Below, one piece after another: positions 1 through 10,298 of a stretch of 64,000 nucleotides of DNA (positions are counted from its first letter, which is position 1; each line of letters starts with the position of its first letter). The stretch comes from an uncultured Actinomycetes bacterium (lineage in GTDB: Bacteria; Actinomycetota; Thermoleophilia; UBA2241): positions 1 to 64,000 of the forward strand of contig CAVWIH010000031.1 of the NCBI GenBank assembly GCA_963755025.1, given 5' to 3'. The translations under genes were made by a program, and so were the position numbers. Under the pieces are notes generated by a model. It was not told where the DNA came from and ran no database searches. It saw nothing but the letters and a program-made list of their open reading frames with translations.

Positions 1-80
1 GCGGTCCGTAGCTTACGAAGATGAGCCTGTGACCCTGCAGGACCGCAAGTGAGGGTCGCAAACCTAGGGATTGTACCACC
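1..80 (-). promoter_or_regulatory. Extended -10 promoter (TGG-TACAAT) followed by a structured leader with H-type pseudoknot potential, for a gene left of the window
   Basis: Minus strand reads GGTGGTACAAT at 80..70. GACCCT (57..52) pairs with AGGGTC (36..31), and loop GCGGTCC (46..40) pairs with GGACCGC (7..1). Confidence 0.5.
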
Positions 81-147
81 TGCGCCGATTTTGAGGCGAG
101 GGCGGCCGGCGGGTCGGCCGGCCCGACGGCGAGTCGGCGGCGCGGCG

Positions 148-2758
148 CTATTTGGCCGACAGCCAGGTGTCGCCGACGCCGATCGAGACGTCGAGCGGGG
201 GCTCCATGGCGAAGGCGCCGCACATCGCCTCGCGCACCAGCGGCACGACCTCGGCGAGCTCGTCGTCGGGGCTCTCGAAGACGAGTTCGTCGTGGATCTG
301 CAACACGAGGCGGCTGCGCAACCCCCGGGCGGCGAAGGCCGCCGTGACGCGCAGCATGGCGACCTTGATGATGTCGGCCGCGCTGCCCTGCAGCACGCTG
401 TTGACCGCCAGGCGTTCGCCCAGCGAGCGCTCGCGAAAGACGTTGCTGCGCAGCTCGGGCACGGCGCGGCGGCGCCCGAAGACCGTCGTCACGTAGCCCT
501 CCTGCAGGGCGTCGGCGATGACCTTCTCGCGAAACACGCGGACCTGGGGGTACTTCGCGAAGTAGGCGTCGATGAAGGCGCGCGCCTCTTCTAAGGGCAT
601 ATCGACCTGCTCGGACAGGCCGAACGCCGAGAGGCCGTACATGATGCCGAAGTTGGTCGCCTTGGCGCGCTCGCGCTGGGTCTTGGAGACCTGCTCGACC
701 GGTATGCCGGCGACCGCGGCGGCCGTGACGCGGTGCACGTCTTCGCCGCGCCGGTAGGCGTCGACCAGGGCCGGCTCGTGGGCGAGGAAGGCCATCAGGC
801 GCAGCTCGATCTGCGAGTAGTCGGCGACCACCAGGCGCATGCCTTCGGCGGCGATGAAGCAGTCGCGGATCTGACTGCCGAGCTCGGTGCGGATGGGGAT
901 GTTCTGCAGGTTCGGGTTGGAGCTCGACAGGCGCCCCGTCGCCGCGACGGTCTGGTTGAACGTGGTGTGCAGGCGTCCGCTGCGCGGGTCGATGGCCGCC
1001 GGCAGCGGCTCGAGGTAGGTGTTGACGAGCTTGGTGAGCTCGCGCCACTCCTCGATGAGCGGCACGATGGCGTGCTGGTCGCGCAGCGTCTTGCAGCACG
1101 CGGGCGTCGGTCGAGTAGCCGGTCTTGCCCTTGCGCACCGGCTGCAGGCCGAGGGTCGTGAACAGCACTTCGGCGAGCTGCTGCGGCGAGCCGATGGTGA
1201 AGTCGGCGCCGGCCAGCGCGACGATGCCGTCGCGCACCTCGTCGATGCGGTCGCGCAGGCGCGCCGTGATCTCGCCGAGCCGGTGCACGTCGATGGCCAC
1301 GCCGACCGCCTCCATGGCGGCCAGCACGCGCACCAGGGGCAGTTCGACGGTGCGGTACAGCGTGTCGACGCCGAGCTCGGTGAGGCGCAGGCGCTGCTCG
1401 GCAGCGAGGCGCCAGGTGAGCACCGCCCGGGTGGCGGCCAGGGCTTCGTGACGCGGGCCTTCGGCGATGGACTCGTGATCGACGCGCGCCAGCTTGAACA
1501 GGTCGTCCTCGGGCCGTTCGGGGGCCAGCAGGTAGCCGGCGATGTCGGTGTCGAAGGCGGGGTCGGCCGCCGCGCCGGCGAAGCCCGGCAGCGCTTTGGC
1601 GTCGTGCGCCACCACGTGGGCGGCGTGACGCCACAGGCGAGCCCAGTCGTCGGCGCCGGCGACGGGGGCGGCGACGGCCGCGTCGCCGCCGTCGTAGACG
1701 GCGGCGATCGAGCCGTCGCCCTCGCCCGCCGCGACCACTCCGAGCGCCGCGTCGCCGCGCTGCAGCAGGGCTTCGAGGGCGTCGGGGCCGTCGGCCAGGC
1801 GCACCTCGGGAAAGTCGGTGGCGAGCGCCGCGCCGGCGGGCTCGGGAGCGGCGGCGGCCGGGCGCGCGAAGTCGCGCACGCGGCGCACGAGGCTTGTGAA
1901 CTCGAAGCGCTTGAAGAACTCCTCGACCTCGCGAGCCGGCAGCGCGTACCCGGTGCGCGCCACCATCTTCACGATGTCCTCGTCGAGCGGCACGTCGAGC
2001 ACCATGCAGGCGAGCCGCTTGGACAGGCGCGCCGCCGCTTCGTGCTCGGCCAGCAACGCACGGCGCTTGTCGGAGCCCACCTCGGCGAGGTGCTCGTAGA
2101 GGTTCTCGACCGTGCCGAACTGCTGCACCAGCGCGGCCGCCGTCTTCTCGCCGACGCCGGGGATGCCGGGGATGTTGTCGGAGCTGTCGCCCTTGAGGCC
2201 GATGTAGTCGGGGATCTGCGCCGGCGTCACGCCGAAGCGCTCGACCACGCCGGCCGGCGTGTAGACCTTGACGTCGGTCACGCCGCGCCCGGTGGTGACC
2301 ACCCAGATGTCGTCGTCGACGATCTGCAGCGCGTCGCGGTCGCCGGTGACCACGAGCGAGCCGCGGCCCTGCCGCTTGGCCTCTTCGGCCAATGTGCCGA
2401 GGATGTCGTCGGCCTCGTAGCCCGGCTTGACCAGGTTGGGTATGCCGAAGGCGTCCATGAGGCCGGGCAGGTGGGGCCACTGTCGCGAGAGCGGGTCGGG
2501 CATAGGCGGCCGCTGCGCCTTGTAGCCGTCGAACTCGTCGTGGCGAAAGGTCTTCTCGCGGGCGTCCCAGGCCACGGCGATGGCCGCCGGCTCGAAGTCG
2601 CCGACCAGCTTGAGGAGCATCTGGGCGAGGCCGTAGATGGCGTTGGTCGGAAAGCCCTCGCGCGTGGCGATGCCTTCGGGCAGGGCAAAGTACGCCCGGT
2701 AGGCGAGGCTGGAGCCGTCGATGAGAATGAGGCGGTCTTTGACCGCGGCCTCGTTCAT
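148..2758 (-). CDS. polA: DNA polymerase I (one apparent frameshift near 1094)
   Basis: N-terminal 5'-3' exonuclease LILIDGSSLAYRAYFALP. C-terminal TATGRLSS-type motif (AATGRLSSSNPNLQNIP), ADYSQIELR, KATNFGIMYG, LQIHDELVFE. An extra C in CTG-C-AAG-ACG shifts the frame. Confidence 0.95.
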
Positions 2759-2770
2759 GAGTCGATTCTA
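2759..2770 (-). promoter_or_regulatory. Leaderless -10 box for polA
   Basis: TAGAAT lies 6 nt upstream of the ATG, and there is no SD. Confidence 0.6.
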
Positions 2771-2868
2771 CAGCGAACGACGGCGCCGCCGGGGCGGCGC
2801 GGGCGGATGCCAGGCGCGCGACGTCAGTCACTCCTTCCTGAGCGGCGGCGGCGAAGTCGAGCGGCGGC

Positions 2869-3487
2869 CTAGTCGAGCAGCCTGTGGCGGCGCAGCAGCG
2901 GCCCACACTCCGGCGCGCTGTGCGGCCGGGCGAACAGGTAGCCCTGCATCTCGTCGCAGCCGTGCTCGCGCAGCACGGCGAGCTGCTCGCGCGTCTCCAC
3001 GCCGTCGGCCACCACGTTCCGGCCGAGCCGGTGGCCGAGGGCGATGACCGAGGTCACGATCGTCATGTCGCGGTCGTGTCGCAGCATGCCGCCCACGAAC
3101 GACCTGATCGATCTTCACCGTGTGGATGGGCAGCGAGCTCAACAGGCTCAGTGACGAGTAGCCGGTGCCGAGGTCGTCGAGGGCGATGCGCACGCCGAGC
3201 TTGTTCAGCTCGCGCAGCGTCGCGCCGGCCTGCGCGGCGTCGGCCATGACGGCCGTCTCGGTGATCTCGATCTCGAGGAAGCGGGCCGCGAGGCCGCTCA
3301 CCTCGAGCGCTCGCGAGACCTTGGCGAGGAGCAGCTCGCGGCGCTCGTCGGTGCGCCGCATCTCGCGCCGGGTAGCGACGCGCACGCGGCTCGCGGCGTG
3401 TCCGGCCCGTGCAAAGGCCGCAACGACGGCGTCGGCGTCGCCGGGGGAATCGCCCAGGAGTAGGATACGCGGCGTCACCGGACGCAT
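2869..3487 (-). pseudogene. Remnant REC-EAL phosphodiesterase (first ~45 aa of a receiver domain joined to the C-terminal half of an EAL domain; frameshift ~3105)
   Basis: RILLLGDSPGDA (REC start), then [41 protein letters not shown]. The EAL motif half is missing. Confidence 0.75.
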
Positions 3488-3685
3488 GCGGGTGCCACGC
3501 TGTCATGCGCCCCTCTCCCGAGCCGTTGCGTGGACGTGAGCGGACGCGCCGAACGTTCCTGTTCGGCCGAGCAGTCCAGCGCAGGAAGGTCCCACGTCCC
3601 GCGCGGTAGTGGTTGTCGTCAGAAACGATGCCTACGAGAAGCCCGCTGACACGATACGTAATCCACCACACGAGAGGAGCAGCAC

Positions 3686-4117
3686 ATGAGCGGCATGGAG
3701 TTCGCGCCCGGAAGGACCATCGTCGCCCGCCTCACGCATGGCGCCGACCTGCTCGACGAGATCGTCGCTCTGGCCGAGCTGCACGGCGTGGAGACCGCCG
3801 CCCTGCAGGGCCTGGGCGCCCTGCGCCACGCCCGGCTTGCCTACTACGACCAGGCGGGCAAGAGCTACCACGAGTTCGACTTGGACGGGCCGCTCGAGAT
3901 CACGGCCCTCGCCGGCAACCTCTCGCGGCGCGACGGCGCGACGGCCGCCCACGTGCATCTGACGCTCGCCGACGACCAGGGTCGTGCGTACGGCGGCCAC
4001 GCGGCTCCCGGGTGCGTCGTGTTCGCCTGCGAGCTCGTCGTCAACGAGCTCCGCGGACCGGCGCTCGAGCGCGCCTACGACGCCGAGACGGGCTTGCCCC
4101 TCTGGCGCGGCCTGTAG
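3686..4117 (+). CDS. PPC/DUF296 domain protein
   Basis: VARLTHGADL, GLGAL, LEITALAGN, HVHLTLAD, YGGH. SD GAGGAG. Confidence 0.9.
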   Translation: MSGMEFAPGRTIVARLTHGADLLDEIVALAELHGVETAALQGLGALRHARLAYYDQAGKSYHEFDLDGPLEITALAGNLSRRDGATAAHVHLTLADDQGRAYGGHAAPGCVVFACELVVNELRGPALERAYDAETGLPLWRGL

Positions 4118-4123
4118 CCAGGG

Positions 4124-5317
4124 TCAGCGCGCCGCCGACGCCGGCCGGCCGCCGTGGGCCGGGGCCGGAGCGGCCGCCTGGGTGAGCACGGCGATGCCGC
4201 CCACCACTGTACCGTCGGCCTCGGTCACCGGCTGCGCGTGCAGGCTGAAGGGGCCGGCAGCCGCTGCGGCGCCGTGCATGGGCGGGTAGGGGCCGAGGTA
4301 CGACGACTCATCGCCGCGCAGCGCCGCCTCGAGGGTCGCCGTGAAACCCTGGTCGCGCAGCCCCCGAAGGTCGAGCCCGAGGAGCCGTTCGCGCGGCAGG
4401 CCGGTCACGGCGACGATCGCGTCGTTGCAGGTCGTGAGTCGCAGCCGGTCGTCGAACAGGAACATGCCCACCGCCGCGCGCTCGAAGAACGACCGATAGA
4501 GGCGCTCCGAGCGGGCGAGCTCGTCGCGGGCCCGGCGCTGCTCGGTCATGTCGCGCACGATCACGACCGCGCCGCCGTCGGGCAGCGTCACGTGCCGACC
4601 CTCGAAGCACGACGTTCCCGCCTGCGGCGTCTCGAGGGTGACCTCGAAGGCCTGCACGTCACGAGCGAGCAGCGACTCGGCGCGCGCCTTGCGCATGCCG
4701 GCGGCGACCTCGGCCGGCAGGAACTCGTCGGGGCGGCGCCCCAGGAAGTCGTCGGAGTTGACGTGCTCGTCGAACCCCGAGCCGATGTTGAAGTCGATCA
4801 CGAAGCCGTCGGGATCGAGCCTGAAGTAGAGGTCGGGCAGGGCGTGCAACACGCCGTGGAGCTCGTCGACGACGCTTGCGTACAGCGTCTCCACGCATTT
4901 CTGCGCGGTGATGTCGGTCAGCGTGACCACCGCGCCCGTCGCGCGTCCCCGTTCGTCGGGTGGCAGAGGGTGGGCGCTCACGAGGATCCAGTCGGGTTCG
5001 CTGCGGTCGTCGTGCCAGGCGCCGACCACGGTGGGCGCCACGCTGAGCCCGGCGCGCAGCTCGTGGAGGGCGGTCTCGCCGAAGCGCCCGGCCGACCGGC
5101 CGTCTTCGAAGAACGGCGGCGCGGGCAGCCAGGAGAGGTCGGCGACGGTGCGGCCCACGATCGTGTCGTGTCCCAGGCGCATGATCTCGGCGGCCGTGCG
5201 GTTGCAGTCGACAATCACGCCGTCGGCGGCGCAGATGAGCACGCCGCTCGCGATACGGTCGGCGTGGAAACCGATCAGGGTCGGTCCGGTGACCGGCGTC
5301 TCCAGCTGATCGCTCAT
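4124..5317 (-). CDS. Multi-PAS domain protein without an output domain
   Basis: Three PAS-like repeats (DGVIVDCNRTA...DITAQK; LPDLYFRLDPDG...RDMTEQR; FERAAVGMF...CND). Start taken at MSDQ. Confidence 0.75.
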   Translation of the reverse strand: MSDQLETPVTGPTLIGFHADRIASGVLICAADGVIVDCNRTAAEIMRLGHDTIVGRTVADLSWLPAPPFFEDGRSAGRFGETALHELRAGLSVAPTVVGAWHDDRSEPDWILVSAHPLPPDERGRATGAVVTLTDITAQKCVETLYASVVDELHGVLHALPDLYFRLDPDGFVIDFNIGSGFDEHVNSDDFLGRRPDEFLPAEVAAGMRKARAESLLARDVQAFEVTLETPQAGTSCFEGRHVTLPDGGAVVIVRDMTEQRRARDELARSERLYRSFFERAAVGMFLFDDRLRLTTCNDAIVAVTGLPRERLLGLDLRGLRDQGFTATLEAALRGDESSYLGPYPPMHGAAAAAGPFSLHAQPVTEADGTVVGGIAVLTQAAAPAPAHGGRPASAAR

Positions 5318-5512
5318 GCCTGACGTAGCCCCCCGCCATCGTCCGTGAAAGACGGTGCAAACGCCGGGCGACGCGGTGACCGCACACCCGGCGGATCTGA
5401 CCCCAAGAGCAGGCCGTGAGCGTACTACAGGCGCGTCGCCACTAGCCACCCAGTATGGCCGGGGCGCGACGTCGAACGAGGGTCGCCGACCGGCGGCGAG
5501 AGAGGAAGAAAG

Positions 5513-5601
5513 TGGTGTCGGAAGGGGGACTTGAACCCCCATGAGGTAATGCCCTCACTAGGCCCTCAACCTAGCGCGTCTACCAATTCCGCCATTCCGA
5601 C
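5513..5601 (-). tRNA. tRNA-Leu(GAG)
   Basis: GTCGGAATGGCGGAATTGGTAGACGCGCTAGGTTGAGGGCCTAG...GGTTCAAGTCC...TTCCGACACCA. Long variable arm, encoded CCA. Confidence 0.97.
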
Positions 5602-6075
5602 ACGCGCGCCCGGGACGCACACGCGCCCGGGACGAGAGAGTATAGATGCCCGGCTTGCGGGGGTCAACGCACCTGCGGCCGGCGGGACCGCCGGGCGGCC
5701 ATGCGGGCGGGCTCAGGCACGAAAGGAGACTGCCTGTCGGCGGCGCCAGACGGAGCGGACTCGAGTTGTGGGCGCCGGCGGACCAGCCGCCGCGTACCCG
5801 CGCCGGGGCGACCCCGGTGAGGACCGCTCATGTGGCGCCACAGTGCGCCGCCGACAGACTGGTTGGGCGCCTGATGGCCGATGGCCTCGCGACCATCGAC
5901 CCGACTATAGGCCGACGATCGCTGGTTGGCAACGTAGACGAATAGGCAAACGCGCGGGCGCCGGCCGCCGCGGGCGATAGACTGCTCGAGACGGCGGAGC
6001 CGGGCCGGCGCGCGCCGCGGCGCGCCACACGACGCGGCGGCGGCAACGGCCCCGGGAACGGCCCACGGAGGTCAC

Positions 6076-7080
6076 ATGGCGCAGACGCAGACAGGACGTA
6101 TCCTGGTCGGCAACTGTTCGTGGACCGACCCCACCCTGATCGCCGCTGGCAGCTTTTACCCGGCCGGCGTCACGAGCGCCGCCGGCCGCCTCGGGTACTA
6201 CGCCACGCGCTTCCCCATCGTCGAGGTCGACTCCACCTTCTACGGCCCTCCGAACGAGCGCAACGCGCAGCTCTGGGCCGAGCGCACCCCGCCGGGCTTC
6301 GTCTTCGACGTCAAGGCCTTCGCCCTGCTCACCGGGCACGGCGCCGCGCCCGAGCGTCTCACTCCCGAGCTGCAGGCCTTCGTGCCGCCGGCCCGCGCCG
6401 GCACGCGCAACGTCTACCTGCGCGACCTGCCGGCGACCGCCGAAGAGCTGCTCTGGGAGACGCATCGCCGGGGGCTCGCCCCGCTACAGGCGGCCGGCAA
6501 GCTCGGCGCCGTGCTGTTCCAGTTCCCGCCCTGGTTCAAGGCGGGGCACGCCGCTCGCGAGCACATCCGCAAGGCCGTGCGCGAGCTCGACCCCTTCCCC
6601 ATCGCCGTCGAGTTCCGCGGCGGCGGCTGGCTCGACGACGAAGGCGCCACGGCCCGCACGCTGTCGTTCCTCGAGTCGGCGGGCGCGAGCTACGTCTCGG
6701 TCGACGAACCGCAGGGCTTCGCCAACAGCACGCCGCCGCTGTCGGTCGCCACGGCGAGCACCGCCGTGGTGCGCTTTCACGGACGCAACCGCGCGACCTG
6801 GCAGATCCGCGGACGCGCCGCGTCCGACCGCTTTAAGTACCTCTACGACGAGTCCGAGCTCACCGAGTGGGTGCCGCAGATCCACGCCCTGGCCGAGCGC
6901 GCCGCCAGCGTGCACGTGCTGTTCAACAACAACTATCGCGACTACGGCGTGCGCAACGCGGCGCAGATGACGGCGCTCCTCGGGCTGGCCGCCGGCGGGC
7001 CCGGGGGCATCGCGGCCGAGTCCGCCGACGAGGCGCCGGCGGAGCGTCGGCGGCCGCCCGGCCAGGGCAGCCTGCTGTAG
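6076..7080 (+). CDS. DUF72 family protein
   Basis: VEVDSTFY, FVFDVKAF, GKLGAVLFQFPPWF, VRFHGRN, FKYLY, FNNN. Confidence 0.9.
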   Translation: MAQTQTGRILVGNCSWTDPTLIAAGSFYPAGVTSAAGRLGYYATRFPIVEVDSTFYGPPNERNAQLWAERTPPGFVFDVKAFALLTGHGAAPERLTPELQAFVPPARAGTRNVYLRDLPATAEELLWETHRRGLAPLQAAGKLGAVLFQFPPWFKAGHAAREHIRKAVRELDPFPIAVEFRGGGWLDDEGATARTLSFLESAGASYVSVDEPQGFANSTPPLSVATASTAVVRFHGRNRATWQIRGRAASDRFKYLYDESELTEWVPQIHALAERAASVHVLFNNNYRDYGVRNAAQMTALLGLAAGGPGGIAAESADEAPAERRRPPGQGSLL

Positions 7081-7148
7081 GCGCGCGAGCCGCGCCGCCG
7101 CAAACCCGGTATCATGAAGGGCAAGCAGCGGCGACGGAAAGGACAACG

Positions 7149-8507
7149 GTGCGGGTACCGGGCTTGGCGCGCGACGAGCGGAACGCGCTCGAACGCGAGA
7201 CCGTCGCACTGCTTTCCGCCTTGCTCCAGGCGGACACCACCAACCCCCCGGGCAACGAGACCCGCGCCGCCCTGGTGCTGGTCGACTACTTCGCACGACA
7301 AGGTCTCGAGGCGCGCCTCGTGGGCGACCTTCCCGACCGCCAGAACCTGATCGTGCGCCTGCCGGGCGCGCGTCCCGGACCGCGGCTCGGGCTCCTGGGC
7401 CACCTCGACGTCGTGCCGGCCGAAGCCGACGAGTGGAGCGTCCCGCCGTTCTCGGGGGCGGTGCGCGACGGCTACGTCTGGGGCCGCGGCGCGACCGACA
7501 TGAAGAACCAGGTGGCCGCCCAGGCCGTCGCCGTGGCGCGCCTGGCGCGCGCCGGGGCGCCGTTCGCCGGCGAGCTGCTTTTCATCGCCACCGCCGACGA
7601 AGAGCGCGGCGACTACTGCGGGGCGCGCTGGCTGGTCACGCAGCACCCCGAGCTCGTGCGCTGTGACTACCTGCTGAACGAGGGCGGCGGCACCTACTCG
7701 GTGGTCGGCGGCACGCGACTCTACCCGCTCACCGTCGGCGAGAAGGCCTTCGCCCAGTTTCGCCTGACCGTGCGCGGCCGCGGCGGACACGGTTCGGTGC
7801 CGCTGCACGACCTCAACCCCGTCGAGCGCCTCGCGCGGGTGATCGCGGCGCTCGCCGACCACGAGTCGGCGGTCACGGTGGCGCCCATCACGGCCAGCTT
7901 CATCGACCGCCTGGTGGCCGACGCCGCCCTGCGGGCGCGCCTCAAAGACCCAGAACGGGCGCGCGCCGCCATCCGCGAGCTGCTGGCCCGCGACCCCGAG
8001 TCGGCGTACCTGATCGAACCGTTGCTGGGCGTGACCTTCTCGCCCACCATCCTGCGCGGCGGCGGCGAGGCCGTGAACGTCATCCCCTCGCACGCCGCGG
8101 TCGACATCGACTGCCGCATGCTGCCCGGCCAGGGGCCCGACGACGTACGCCGCGAGGTCGATGCCGCCCTCGCCGGCATCGCCGGCTGGGAGTTCTCCTG
8201 GACCGACCTGACCGACGGCAACGAATCGCCCGTCCCCACGCCGCTGAGCGCCGCGGTCGAGCGCGTCATGAACGGCCTCGTGCCGGGCTGCGAGGTCGTC
8301 CCCCTGCACCTCTGCGGCTTCACCGACTCACGCTGGTTCCGCGAGGCGTTCCCCGACATCGCCGCCTACGGCTTCTGTCCGTTCGTCGCCGAAGACACGG
8401 CGACCATGGGCGGCCGCGAGCACGCCCGCGACGAACGCATCGCCGTCGACGACCTGCCCTTCCAGGCGCGCTTCTTCGAACTGCTCGTGGGCGAGCTGCT
8501 CGCCTGA
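7149..8507 (+). CDS. M20/M25/M40 family metallopeptidase/deacylase
   Basis: DTTNPPGNE, GHLDVVP, GRGATDMK, ADEE, GGHGS, TDSR, HARDER. Start (GTG) approximate. Confidence 0.9.
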   Translation: MRVPGLARDERNALERETVALLSALLQADTTNPPGNETRAALVLVDYFARQGLEARLVGDLPDRQNLIVRLPGARPGPRLGLLGHLDVVPAEADEWSVPPFSGAVRDGYVWGRGATDMKNQVAAQAVAVARLARAGAPFAGELLFIATADEERGDYCGARWLVTQHPELVRCDYLLNEGGGTYSVVGGTRLYPLTVGEKAFAQFRLTVRGRGGHGSVPLHDLNPVERLARVIAALADHESAVTVAPITASFIDRLVADAALRARLKDPERARAAIRELLARDPESAYLIEPLLGVTFSPTILRGGGEAVNVIPSHAAVDIDCRMLPGQGPDDVRREVDAALAGIAGWEFSWTDLTDGNESPVPTPLSAAVERVMNGLVPGCEVVPLHLCGFTDSRWFREAFPDIAAYGFCPFVAEDTATMGGREHARDERIAVDDLPFQARFFELLVGELLA

Positions 8508-8549
8508 CATGCGGCTCGCGACCGTGACATCCGCCACCGTGACGCCCGC

Positions 8550-9497
8550 ATGAGCACGTTCGGCGCCGGCCACACCCTGCCGCGGCCCGTGCCGCGTGAC
8601 CGCTTTCGCGGCGCCCTGCTCGGCCTTGCCGTCGGCGAGGCCCTGGGCGCGCCCGCCGAGTTCCTCACGGCAAGCCAGGTGCGCGAGCGCTGGGGCGTGC
8701 TCGACGAGATGGTCGGCGGCGGCTGCCACGGGGTCTGCCCCGGCGAGGCCACCGACGCCACCGAGATGATGCTCGCGCTGGCCGAGAGCCTGGTCACCGT
8801 CGGCGAGTTCGAACCCGAAGACGTCGTGTCGCGCTACCGCGCCTGGTTTGCCGGCGGGCCTCGCGACTGCAGCCTCACCACCCGCACGGTCATGCTCGCC
8901 CTGTCGTCGGGCACGCCCTGGGACGTCGCCTCACGGCGCGCCCACGAGGTGCTCGGCTTTCCGCAGGCGGGCAACGGCAGCGTCATGCGCTGCGCGCCGG
9001 TCGCGCTGCGCTACGCCCGCGACCCCGAGGCGCGGCGCCGCAACACCCTGCGCGAATCGACCCTCACCCACTACGACCACCTCGCCGGCTGGTCGTGCGT
9101 GGCCTTCAACGAGCTCGTCGTCGCCGCCATGGCCGACAGCCTGCCCGAGAGCCTGCCGGCCATCGCCGCGGCCCTCGACGACGAAGACTCGCGCGTGGCG
9201 GGCGCCCTGCGCGACGCCCTCGACGCCGAGCCCGACGAGATCCACGCCACCTCGTTCGTGATCGACTCGCTGCGGGCCGCCGTCTGGGCCGTGGTGCGCA
9301 CTACGACCTTCGAAGACGCGCTGATCGAGATCGTCAATCGCGGCGGCGACTGCGACGCGGTCGGCGCCGTAGCGGGCGCCCTCGCGGGCGCCCGCTACGG
9401 CGCCGACGCCATCCCGGCGCGCTGGCTCGAGCCGCTGCTCGCGCGCGAGGCCGTCACCGCCGTCGCCGACGGGCTCGCCGACCGCGCCGACGGCTGA
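8550..9497 (+). CDS. ADP-ribosylglycohydrolase family protein (degenerate metal motifs)
   Basis: GALLGLAVGEALG, TDAT, GNGSVMRCAP, GGDCDAVGAVAGALAGARYG. Confidence 0.85.
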   Translation: MSTFGAGHTLPRPVPRDRFRGALLGLAVGEALGAPAEFLTASQVRERWGVLDEMVGGGCHGVCPGEATDATEMMLALAESLVTVGEFEPEDVVSRYRAWFAGGPRDCSLTTRTVMLALSSGTPWDVASRRAHEVLGFPQAGNGSVMRCAPVALRYARDPEARRRNTLRESTLTHYDHLAGWSCVAFNELVVAAMADSLPESLPAIAAALDDEDSRVAGALRDALDAEPDEIHATSFVIDSLRAAVWAVVRTTTFEDALIEIVNRGGDCDAVGAVAGALAGARYGADAIPARWLEPLLAREAVTAVADGLADRADG

Positions 9498-9618
9498 CGC
9501 GACCACTGGGGCGCGCCGTCGCTCGCCGTTCCCTGTGTGATAGACATACGAGGCAGACCGCGACCGCGCCGCCGGCCCGTGCGCCGCGGCGGTCGAACCG
9601 CCCACAAAGGAGCCCCGT

Positions 9619-10134
9619 ATGCCCAAGACCGACGGCCACAGCGCCAAGGCCACCCGCAAACCCATCGCCAAGCCGGCCGCCAAGCCGCGCGCCGAGTCGG
9701 CCGCCGTCGCGGCGCCGCTCACCAAGGCGAAGCTCGTCGACTACCTGAACGCCGACCTCGCCAAGGAGTTCCAGGCGCTGATCCAGTACGTGCAGCACGC
9801 GGCCGTCATCACGGGGCCCCAGTACGACGCCATCCGCGCCGAGCTCACCATCCACTCCAACGAAGAGCACGCCCACGCCCTCTCGCTGTCTGAGCAGATC
9901 GACTTTCTCGGCGGCACGCCCGGCGTCGACGTGGCCACCGTGCGCGTCTCCAAGGTCTCCAAGGAGATGCTCGAGCAGGACCTCGAGGGCGAGCTCGACG
10001 CCATCGCCCGCTACAAGGCGCGCATCGGCCAGGCCGAGCACCTCCAGGAGTACGGGCTGCGCCGCGCCCTCGAAGACATCCTCATGGTCGAAGAGGAGCA
10101 CGCCCGCGACCTGCAGAACGCGCTCGACCTCTAG
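9619..10134 (+). CDS. Ferritin-like (bacterioferritin-type) protein with Lys/Ala/Pro-rich N-terminal tail
   Basis: LNADLAKEFQALIQY, EEHAHA, LGGTP, DLEGELDAIARY, EEEH. SD AAGGAG. Confidence 0.85.
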   Translation: MPKTDGHSAKATRKPIAKPAAKPRAESAAVAAPLTKAKLVDYLNADLAKEFQALIQYVQHAAVITGPQYDAIRAELTIHSNEEHAHALSLSEQIDFLGGTPGVDVATVRVSKVSKEMLEQDLEGELDAIARYKARIGQAEHLQEYGLRRALEDILMVEEEHARDLQNALDL

Positions 10135-10240
10135 AGCCGCGCTCGGCCTCTAGAGCCGCGCCCGACACCTGGGCCGCGCCCGACACCTGGGCGCGCCGCC
10201 GTGGAATGGGCGCGGCCTCTGAGGTCGCGCCCGACACCGA
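10127..10240. repeat. Degenerate ~19-nt tandem repeats between convergent genes
   Basis: cctctagagccgcgc x2 and gcgcccgacacc x3. Confidence 0.6.
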
Positions 10241-10298
10241 GGCCGCCGTCGCCGGCGCCCCCGGCAGCTCAAGGGCTGCCGGGGGCGCCGCCTCGTTT

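Noticed and set aside
148-2758. polA as a split gene or programmed frameshift
   Set aside because: No slippery heptamer at the junction, and the same single-base pattern recurs in many unrelated genes, pointing to sequencing error.
795-2906. Long Arg/Pro/Ala-rich alternative-frame and antisense ORFs (here and throughout, e.g. 12766-15261, 42341-44965, 52428-54956)
   Set aside because: Shadow ORFs expected at this GC content. They overlap well-supported genes and have no recognisable motifs.
5513-5601. tRNA as an integration site of a genomic island
   Set aside because: No integrase and no duplicated tRNA 3' end noticed in the window.
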